Assembly: GCA_001662655.1 (NCBI GenBank)
Contig: KV460245.1
Length of the DNA: 64,000 bases
From: Pseudogymnoascus verrucosus
Lineage: Eukaryota
Strand: one strand, 5' to 3'
Position numbers and translations under genes: made by a program
The notes under the pieces: model-generated
Told to the model about the DNA's origin: nothing
Database searches by the model: none
Seen by the model: the letters and a program-made list of their open reading frames with translations, nothing else
Shown: one piece after another, positions 37,207 to 46,736 of the stretch
Position numbering within the stretch: position 1 is the stretch's first letter
Layout: each line of letters opens with the position of its first letter

Positions 37207-37258
37207 AGCTCCGACACCACAACCCCGCATAGGTATGCGGGGTTGTGGTGTCGGAGCT
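37207..37258. repeat. Perfect inverted repeat, 25-bp arms, 2-nt spacer
   Basis: AGCTCCGACACCACAACCCCGCATA-GG-TATGCGGGGTTGTGGTGTCGGAGCT. Confidence 0.95.
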
Positions 37259-37344
37259 TCAGGTTCAGCGCTTTAATTTTTAAAAGCTCCGTTATCCTTA
37301 TATGAAGCTCTGTACTTACAGTGACATACAAACCACTCTTAACT

Positions 37345-39058
37345 ATGAGGTTAATAAATGCCGAAACCTTCGAGCTAGAGGAAGTGTGGAGTGAAAACGA
37401 AAAAGCATATACAATTCTCTCGCATCGATGGGAAGATGGTCAGTTTCCAGGACATGCAAAACCTCGCGTTGGCATCCAATATGAAGGGGTTTGGCAAGAT
37501 TCGGAAGTCATGCGAGCAAGCTGTAAGAGATGGTTACAGCTATGTGTGGGTGGATACGTGCTGTATAAACAAGGAAAGCAGTGCCGAGCTCAGCGAAGCT
37601 ATCAACTCAATGTTTCGGTGGTATAAAGCCTCAGCTGTATGCTACGTGTTTCTCTCCGATGTCCACACTATTACGCTTAGTGGCGGTACAATGATGCCAG
37701 AGATTGGATCGAGCAGATGGTTTACTCGTGGTTGGACTTTACAAGAACTTGTCGCTCCTCAACACGTCGTCTTTTACAGCCAACAGTGGGAGTTTTTGGG
37801 CACGAAGCAAACGCTAAGCAAGTTATTGAGCTCGCAGACTCATATAGATGAGGCTATACTTAATGGGGAGTCGCCATCTAATCGCACAATTGCTCAACGC
37901 ATGTCATGGGCATCTCATAGAGTCACAACCCGCGTCGAAGACACTGCCTACTGCCTGTTAGGAATATTTGACGTCTACATGCCGATGCTTTACGGCGAAG
38001 GAAAGAGGGCTTTCCTCCGCCTCCAAGAAGAAATCATCAAGCGATCAGATGACTACACCATCTTTGCGTGGCCTATACGTCTCGATGACCAACCTGGGCT
38101 GTTGGCTGATAGTCCAGCAGCCTTCGCCGATTGTCAACATATTCGGTCTATAACAACACGCAAAGTCAATGCACCATTCTCTATAACGAATCGTGGGCTG
38201 TCAATCAAATTAATGGCGACCCCCTTTGCACTAGACACATACGTTGTGGCGCTGAACTGTGTAAATGGCCAGTTAGTAACAGACGGTAGCCCTGTTGGCA
38301 GTTACCGCCTTGGGATATTCCTTAGGAGACTAAATGAAGACGATCAGTATGCACGAGTTAATCAGAACGGCAATACCTTTGTTCAACTGAAAGCCTTGGC
38401 CTGGGATCAAGAAGTATTAAAACATCTGAACACCAAGCGACCAGCTCAAGAAATTGAAATTAATGTACGGCAACAAGTTGCCGAAACCGATAAAAATGTC
38501 TACAAAGACCGCATTAACGGCTTTCACATTTTCAGCGAGTTCCTAGAACCACCCGCAGACGGAAGGGATCATTTCAGCATCTCTGCGTTCAGCTGGCATC
38601 CAGAGGAGCGAATCGTGGTGGTTATGAAGCCTGGGGATTTCGGCACTATGGGCTTCCTAGACTTCGGTGTCCAAGGTCGCAACTTCAAATGCATCAGGAT
38701 TGGGTTCGATTTCGACCATAACCCAGTTTGTTTTATTGCCACGCAAAAGGGGTTTAAAGACACGCATTTTCCACGTTTGACTGATGTCCCCCAATGGACG
38801 GACGAGGTTGCAGGAATACATAAGCGGACGCCTTTTGACAAATTTGCCTGGAGTAAAGTATTCAATTGGCTTGCTCACGAAGTGGAACGTCACCCGGGTC
38901 TCTGGGCTATAAAAGGGGATCGCATCCGTGGAGTTAATGTGGAGATTCATAACCTTGTTTCTCTTCAAATTATACGAGGAGAGTTTCAGAACAAGTTAGT
39001 GTGGAATCTGTATCTTCGTGATATAGAGGTTACAGGGAAAGTTCGTCCAAAACCCTGA
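37345..39058 (+). pseudogene. HET-domain (heterokaryon incompatibility) gene with a frameshift near codon 32
   Basis: MRLINAETFELEE...YTILSHRWED is in one frame. VSFQDMQ...YVWVDTCCINKESSAELSEAINSMFRWYK...SRWFTRGWTLQELVAP...RMSWASHRVTTRVEDTAYCLLGIF...MPMLYGEG is in another. The join GAT G GTC AGT at about 37438 has no room for an intron. Confidence 0.8.
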
Positions 39059-39322
39059 CCTATAGAAGGGTGAGATTGCGTAGACTACCTAGTCTACTAG
39101 AATTTTAGAATCGTGAGCTTCTCGGCCTTTGGCTGGCCACTACGCATGAACCACTTCATTCATTCGCATGCCGCCAATATGGCCCTGCAGAGCCCTTGGA
39201 CTTTATAAAGGCACTGTACAAAAAAGCGTTAATGGTGGCCTCTCATGAGTAGAAGTGCGTTAACAATAGCAACTTTAGTTATAAACTTCAAGAACCCCCT
39301 TTAAGAAATCACAACCAAATTC

Positions 39323-40568
39323 TCATTCCAAATTCGGCTTAATGACTAATTTCTTCCCTCCAACCTCCCCAGCCTCAAGTCTCCCTAGCCCCTCGGTTAT
39401 TTTCTCTAATCCGCCTATAACCTCCACATCTCCTAGTTTCAAAGTTCCCTTCACTAGTCCATCCTCTAGATACTCCCAGAATACCCACTTAACATATTCT
39501 GTATTCTCTGGCTTCAAATAATCATCCATATATTGCACAAAGAGTCCCTTTACACCATCAGGAAGAGCGACACCAGGCCTAACGCCCATAGTGGTTAGAA
39601 AAGTTCCTCCTCCTTGAGCTGCGAGTAAATTTCCTATAACAACTTGATCAACAGCTGATTCTGAGGCGCCAAACATTGCTTTGTAAGGACCTAGAGCAAG
39701 TAGATCTTCAAAAATTGTAGGAGAACGATAGTCTAGGACTTCTGTAGCACCAGCTCCTTTCACCAAAGGTCGGTTCCTTTCTGATGCTGTGGTGATAACT
39801 TTGTATCCCGCCTAGGCAAGTCAGCACAAGGGCCAGTTTTAGTTCGGGAATAAAGGGAGACGAGCCTGGGCAGCAATCTGCACAGCGTAGAATCCGATTG
39901 ATGAAGCTCCGCCCCAGACCAACACATTTTCCTCCTTCGATTGAGCATCTTTGGAGGGCCTATCAAGACCTAAGTGGAGAACTAGAGCAGACATCGCGGC
40001 GTAAACTATTGATGCTGAGGTAGCGTCCTCGAAAGGAGTATCACCAATCTACACGGGCATATCAGCACAGTATCTTCAACAGTTTCTCAAGTGTGACAAA
40101 ACGGGTTACAAACATGTGCAGTGAGCGTCTCCACCGATAGAGTATATCGCTGATGAGCACCAAAATTATGATCATTACGCACTGCTAGCGCACTCATACT
40201 CAATACTCTATCACCCCTCTTGAATCTGGTTATCCCCTCTCCTACTTCATGAACATACCCTGAAACATAATCTATTTCCATTAGTAATTGTTAACTTGAA
40301 TTAAAATCCGCAGATAAAGCTTACTTCCAAGAATAGTTGGGTACTTTAGCGGGATAGGAATTATGCCTTTTGCAAGCTTCCAGTCTCCAGGATGAAGAGG
40401 TACTGCGTGATTCTAACCAGCGGCATGGTTAGTAGTTTGAAGACAAACGAATACATGAGAGTAATATACTTCAATAACCAGTTGCCCTGGCCCAGGCGTT
40501 GGCATTTCTGCATCACAAACCTTAATTGCTTCCCCTTTGGAATTGATCCATGCTGCCTTGTTACTCAT
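39323..40568 (-). CDS. Medium-chain dehydrogenase/reductase (zinc-binding ADH-like / enoyl-reductase-like)
   Basis: MSNKAAWI...PTPGPGQLVIE/NHAVPLHPGDWK, YPTILG, VHEVGEGITRFKRGDRV, VLVWGGASSIGFYAVQIA, AGYKVITTAS, GATEVLDY and GGKKLVIKP. Four introns. Confidence 0.85.
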
Positions 40569-40892
40569 TTTCGTGACCTTTTTAAGATTGCAATTGAGTC
40601 CTGGCTGAACAGGGCAGTAATGTCACGTCAAGGCCGAACTTATCCGTATACTTCTCTTTATGACTACGGAAACTGAACGCTGGCCTCTTCACGGAGGCCA
40701 GCGTTTCTACTTTATGAAACCCCAGAGCGGGGTACGGCTTAACTTCCCACCGACTAGTTCCCGTGACTAGCACGTACATGATTGCGTATTATTGGTTGCC
40801 GATACTTAGTTCCCCCACACGCTTAACCGTATTTAAATGGGTGACATAATTCACGTCAGTGATGTCATGACAATTAACTCGACGATAATTCA

Positions 40893-41227
40893 ACATTTGG
40901 TGAAGAAGCAATACCTAAGAAACGGCGAGGAGATAGCGTAGACTACAATATAACTATTTTGCATGCTTCTCCTACCGATCCTAGTGTTAATTCACCTAGT
41001 TGAGACGCTCTTTGGACAGTATCGTCGTTGTCGAAGCCACTGCACATCGAGGTTTCTGCCTCTGCGAGATAATGTCCGGAGGGTGTTGTATTTCGTCGTC
41101 AAAAGCTATGCTTCGTCATCCGTGTCGTCGTTAACACCGTCTGGAAACAAGTCAATGTCGGCATCGTTCGTCCTATTGGTTTCGTCGTCGGTAGGTTGGA
41201 AGTCATCGTCATATCGAGAGGAGACAT
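40893..41227 (-). pseudogene. Decayed 5' fragment resembling DUF3435 tyrosine-recombinase (Starship captain-type) genes
   Basis: With frameshifts repaired, the minus strand reads an acidic N-terminus, then A*xFDDEIQHPPxHYLAEAxNLDVQWLRQRRYCPK..ERLN*VN*H*DR, intron 40915-40975, YCFFTK. TAG stops sit where I recall Trp in this family. The family assignment is from memory and not verified. Confidence 0.5.
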
Positions 41228-41657
41228 GTATAGGGTTGCCTTGGATCAGAAAGAATAGACTTAAGAGAGCAGCCGAGGGAGATGTAGAGTAGCTGAACAT
41301 AAATGCAGACGAAGGGTAAAGAAGTCTAGAAAAAGTGATTATGAGCGAAAGATTGAATGTGAAGAGGTAATCGAGATGCGAAGGAGATGATGCGAAGCCG
41401 AGAGAAAGATGGTGATGAGCAGGCGAATGAGAGCGAACGAGGGACGAAAGAGGCTATTAAATATATTTTGGACTGCGACAGATCGAGAAGACAGCCAAAT
41501 TTGGCTTTCAGGCCCCTCCAGGAACCAATAGCAGCAGGTACGCTGAGTTGACAGAAAGTGCATGAGGTGTTAAGAGGGTTTAGTGATTCGTGTTAGACCT
41601 GAAGCACATAATGGCTGTTCAGTTATTGAGTTAGGGGTGTGAGATTATTGAAAGCCG

Positions 41658-41736
41658 GGCAAGCGGCATGCGTAAAACAGCGACCAAAGATGCTCTTTTC
41701 AGCAGCCTCCTAGCCATCTCATCGTTAAATAGAGTA
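41658..41736 (+). repeat. 79-bp imperfect direct repeat, copy A
   Basis: GGCAAGCG..ATGCGTAAAACAG...CTTTTCAGCAGCCTCCT...GAGTA; 67/79 identical, ungapped, to 43349-43427 by manual alignment. Confidence 0.9.
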
Positions 41737-42149
41737 TACTATAAGACATCAAGTAGGGCGTAGTTTTCAGTGTGCTAGCTCGGCTAGGTTCCGTTCTAGT
41801 TTAGCGTGCCTAGTTTAGGCAAAACTGCCTGCTGATCTAAAACACTAATAGAACTCAACAGGGTGCTTTTTCTGTACTCCTTTCCTATAGAAAAAAATAG
41901 TATATTTCTGCCTATCTACGTAAATAATGAATTGAACCTACGCTTTAAGTGAAATTGCTAAACTGTGTCGTGTGCCTGTTATAACATTTCCAGTGCGGAT
42001 AGCGCAATCTGTCCACTAAATTCTGTCACATGTCACGCTAGCACAAACAGTACCTTAATCCCGTTTAGTTCATTTTAGGGGAGAGGTTTAGGTGTACAGT
42101 CGAGCAATATAAAAACAACCAGTACAACCAACACATCTTATCCCTAAAG

Positions 42150-43256
42150 ATGACCCTCCATAAAGCCTCTCAGATCCTCCTCCTAGATGGCGGCCTCGGA
42201 ACTACGCTGGTAGACTCCTATAGCTGCGTCTTTGATGAGCGCACGCCACTCTGGTCGTCGCAGCTACTGCTATCCAGCCCCTCTACTCTTAAAGATGTGC
42301 AAACTGCCTTTGCCCGTGCAGGTGCCGACATCCTGCTTACTGCTACCTATCAAGCGTCCTTGGAAGGTTTTGCACGGTGCGACGTCCCTAAACAAGAGGC
42401 GACCCGCTACATGCGTTCCGCCGTTAAGATCGCACGCGCTGCGTTTGAAGGGCGGAGCGGCCGGCTAGCATTGAGTCTCGGTGCGTATGGCGCGACTATG
42501 ATCCCGGGGCAGGAGTATAGCGGGAGATATGGGGATCGTGTGAGGGCGGAGTGGTTGCGGGAGTGGCATCTTCAGAGGGTAAGGCTATTTTATGATGGGA
42601 TGGAGACGCCAGTGACGGAAAGATGTTGGGAGGAGATTGACTTTCTAGCTTTTGAGACGCTGCCGTTGCTATCTGAGGTCTCGGCTGTGAGAGAAGCAAT
42701 GGGTGCAGTCGCAAGAGAGGTTTGGGGATGCGAGAAGGAATTTTGGATTAGTTGTGTATTCCCTGGCGAGGGAAATGTATTGCCGGATGGGAGTTCTGTG
42801 GAACAGGTTGTGAGAGCCATGCTTGGGAAGAAGGAGGGAGCGGCGAGTCCTAGCGGAGTTGGCATTAATTGTACTCGGCTAGGAAAAGTAGAGGGGTTGA
42901 TTATGGAGTTTGAGAAAGCGGTTAATAGGATGGTGGATGCTAGTGAAGTTGATCAATGGCCAGATCTGGTGATATATCCGGATGCAACGAATGGAGAAGT
43001 GTACAACACGACGACGATGCAGTGGGAAACCGGCAAGAACGGATCGAATTCGGTATGTCTAAACCTTGCCTATGAATATACATCTGGCGAACTAACTGTG
43101 TCCAAGACTCTATGGGATGAAACATTGTTCGATATTGTTAGCCGCGCACGAGATCGAGAGTCGTGGAGGTCCATTATTGTTGGTGGTTGTTGCAAGAGCA
43201 CACCCGTTCATATAGCGAAACTTCGAAATAGAATAGATGGGATAGTGCGGACATGA
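42150..43256 (+). CDS. Homocysteine S-methyltransferase (Sam4/Mht1 family)
   Basis: ILLLDGGLGTTL, PLWSS, AGADILLTATYQAS, SLGAYGATMIPGQEYSG, LAFETLP, GVGINC and IVGGCC zinc ligands. Probable in-frame 54-nt intron at 43053-43106. Confidence 0.92.
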   Translation: MTLHKASQILLLDGGLGTTLVDSYSCVFDERTPLWSSQLLLSSPSTLKDVQTAFARAGADILLTATYQASLEGFARCDVPKQEATRYMRSAVKIARAAFEGRSGRLALSLGAYGATMIPGQEYSGRYGDRVRAEWLREWHLQRVRLFYDGMETPVTERCWEEIDFLAFETLPLLSEVSAVREAMGAVAREVWGCEKEFWISCVFPGEGNVLPDGSSVEQVVRAMLGKKEGAASPSGVGINCTRLGKVEGLIMEFEKAVNRMVDASEVDQWPDLVIYPDATNGEVYNTTTMQWETGKNGSNSVCLNLAYEYTSGELTVSKTLWDETLFDIVSRARDRESWRSIIVGGCCKSTPVHIAKLRNRIDGIVRT

Positions 43257-43348
43257 GACTTAAAAGCATATCCTCCACTCTTATGCTTTTGCTACCGCTG
43301 TTGGATTTAAGGGTGACTAAAATGATGTAGCCTGACCTACTGATCGTA

Positions 43349-43427
43349 GGCAAGCGAGATGCGTAAAACAGGGACGAAAGCTGCCCTTTTCAGCAGCCTC
43401 CTTGCTATCACATTGTTGAATGGAGTA
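43349..43427 (+). repeat. 79-bp imperfect direct repeat, copy B
   Basis: Partner of 41658-41736; lies about 90 nt after the methyltransferase stop codon. Confidence 0.9.
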
Positions 43428-44406
43428 GTAATTCTAACACTACAATATTATATTATGTTATAAATGAAATAGTCCAGTCTTCATTTTATTATAAATAATG
43501 GGCTGTATAATAATCTAACACCTATTGCCTAACAATATGACACTTATCGACGAGGATTTGCTGCTTCATTAAATGCAGCGCTTAACACTACCTGTGATAG
43601 GCTCTATAAACCTAGGCAACAGCTCGCATGGATGACATATTTCCCAAGGCTGTGGCCGGCAGCTTGCAAGGTGAACTGGGGATAACAATACCGACACCCC
43701 CGCATCGCTTTTTCTATTTCGTAAGTTAGCTACATATTCTCGACATTACCTCCAGAGAAGGCGCTAGAATCATGACGGTATTTTACAACCCCAGGAATGC
43801 CATCATGTGAAACCTATGGACGTTGTCAATGTCCAGACATCTACTTGGATAGACAAAAAGGGTAGCATACCTGTAGGTAGTGTGCAAACCCCAGCTCTTC
43901 TATCTGTAAAGGACGATCCATCCTGGGCTCTTTTTGCTATGGGGCAGTCCTTATATCATCGAAGCTGTATAGTACTACGATGTGTCAGCTGTGCTCATCA
44001 GGCCGCAGTTCACCATAAAGGGACTGGGGATGGTACCGTGCTAATCGGCTACCGATAAGTTCGCCTCTTTATATAAGGGAATTTAAATTAAGCTGGCCTT
44101 TATTCTACCAGGGACGTTGCACCGAATGGTTTTGTTGTACGGGAACAGCAAGGCTTCCAAGTGACCGGTTCGTAGACCGTGGTAGTTGTGTGGAAAGTAC
44201 GGTCTACTAAGTTATTGTCAAAAGAATTCTTGCTCGAACGAGCTTGAAGCATACTATAGCGTGATATGCACTCCGCCGCAGATTTTAAGGGTTGGTAGGG
44301 GCTGTAGCAACATGACCAAAGGCGTCGTAACTGAAGATGCACAGTGAACTCCGTAATGGTATCATGATCATTTATACACTATTCCCTTCCCATATATACC
44401 ACTATA

Positions 44407-46285
44407 CTACGACTTCGGAGCCTTCTTCCCCCCAGTCTTCTTCCAATCACTCGCTCTCTGGCTACTCCTCGTCTTCGGCTTCCCCTTCCCCTTAACATTC
44501 TTCCCACCCAACTTAAGATCCTTCGGCTTCCCACTATTCGAACTAGCCCTATAACCCTCGAAAATAAACGCCTCCGGCCCCTTAATCCCTGCCGCCACAG
44601 CCTGTCCCACCCCGCCAGCTCTCTCCTGACTCTTCCCTCCCTCTTCACGCTTCCTGAACTGCGCCGCACCAGCACGACCCAGAAGCTTGCCTGCACGTCC
44701 CTGCAGCGATTGCTGCTGCGCTGACATCTTCGGGTTGTAGATGACCACGTTGTTGGGATTGTTGGAGCCCTTGATGGTTGGGCGCGGTGCGGACTCGCGC
44801 TTCTGTGCGTTGGCGGTCTTCTTCATGGCCTTCGCGCGGGTGACGCGCAGGACACGGGGAAGCATAGGTGGGAACTTCTTCTCGTTGAAGAGGAGTGCTG
44901 CTTCGACGGCGTTTGCGTCCTGGGAGCGGTTAGCTGTGTTCATAAATTTGGATAGTTGGGATGTGACTTACTTTGAATTGAACATATGCGAAGCCTTTGC
45001 CGACACGGGTCTTCTCATCGCGGACGACGCGCACGCTCTCCACCTCTCCAGCCTTGCCGAATTGCCTCCACAGACCCTCCTCAATGTCTGACGGGATCTT
45101 GGAGCGCTTTCGCTGGTTCTCGTCGCCCTCGTCCATCATACTCTCGTCGTCGACGAAACCGAGGTTACCGACGAACACGCAGCGGCGATGGTCGGTTTTG
45201 GCGGGATGCGCAACACCGTCGACTCTGAGATGGCGGTCAAGGACCACTGTAGCATTGAGCCTCTTGGCGGCTTCGCGGGCGGCGAAGGAGGAGGAGTATA
45301 CGACGTAGGCGTTTGTGCTCTTCGTCGTCGCTCCCATCAGGGCCTTGGTCGCGAATGAGGCTTTCTTTGGGAGCGTGCTTTCGTAGGCGGTAGATCTGAA
45401 GCGAATGGATTCAACCTTGGGCTTTGGCCTGCCATCCAGAGGCGGTGGTAGGTCGTCAATGAAAGAGCCCATGTGGTCCATCAGCGTCTTCTTGGCCTTC
45501 TTGTCGGTGATCGCGTCGGTTGAGACGTTCGCAAGGAAGACTGTGCGAGCCGCCTTCTCAAGCTCCGAGGTTTCCTTATCCACGGTAAGAGATTCGTGCA
45601 TTGGTACATCCTTTGGAGTCTGGCGCGTTTTCGGCTTCTCTTCGTCAATCTCAGCGTCCTCTGCGTCTGCCATCTCCTCATCTTCGTCTTCTGAGCTTTG
45701 CTCGCCCTGCTCCACCAGGAGCTTTTGGCGCTTCAGCTTGCGCTCAGCTTTGCGCTCAGCCTCTTCTTTCTCTTCTTCTTTGGCCAGTTTCGACAGGTAT
45801 TTCCCCTCCAGGTCCTCCTCCTTGTTATCGCGCTTGCGTTTGCGGGGAGCCTTATCTTCAGCTGCCTCCAATGGGTTGAGTGGTGCGCCACCATCGTCGG
45901 ACGATTCTTCCTCCCCCTCTGACAAACCGTCTAGATCCTCGTCGTCGAGATCACCATCCACACTGCTTAACTCTTGGTCGTCTCCCTCGTCTTCCTCGTC
46001 TTCTTCAAGGTCGGACTCCTCATCCTGCTCGGCAGCGGCTTGTCTTTTGCTCGGGGGCGGTGCTTCTTCATAGCGGCTTTTTGGTGGCGCCTGTACAGGG
46101 CCAGCCTATAGAAATATTAGTTATGTGAAAATGCCCGATACATGTCAGTAAAAACGTACACTTGAAGCAAAAAGAGCGGCCAGCGTAGGGTCTACAGCTG
46201 CCTCAACTGCGACCAAGGATTTTGGTGCCTTTGCAGGCTTGCTCTCTTTGGATGCACCATTGCTTTCGCGTGATTTTTTGCCCAT
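44407..46285 (-). CDS. NOP12: Nucleolar protein 12 (two RRMs)
   Basis: [77 protein letters not shown] and FEGYRA. Introns 46106-46159 and about 44920-44971. Confidence 0.92.
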
Positions 46286-46736
46286 TGTGAAGTAATTGAG
46301 CGGAAAGAAGTGAAGTTATCTTGGTTTTCTGCGGAAAAGTGAATTTCTGATATCAAATTCACAATCTAAAGAAAGTCCCAATAATTTTTGGATGGTCCAA
46401 GCGTCACGGCGATCGCCGGTGCTAGCGTGAGTATTGCCGATTGCTCGCGGTAGACAGTTTGGCCATGCCCGCACCGTTACTTTCTTGAGGAGTCAAATCT
46501 CGATCGTTTACTGCCTTTCAGCTGGCCATAACAGCGGAATACATTATCTTAAGCTCTGTGCTTTTCTACTGAACTCAAACTCAACAAGCAATCATATTTC
46601 TATCGGACCTATTGCCTCTCAACTACCGCGGCTTCATCCCCGTTTACGCGCACTGAATCGACAAACGGGCAGATCCTCATGTGAAAGCGCATTCGAGCTG
46701 CAGGCACAGAGGTACCCAAAGCAAGTTGAGCGCAAG

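Noticed and set aside
39080..39100. Helitron 3' end (hairpin + CTAG)
   Set aside because: CTAG overlaps the hairpin rather than lying about 10 nt downstream, and the hairpin is not GC-rich.
24045..43256. Possible sulfur-amino-acid cluster (cystathionine gamma-lyase and homocysteine methyltransferase)
   Set aside because: They are 17 kb apart and separated by unrelated housekeeping genes.
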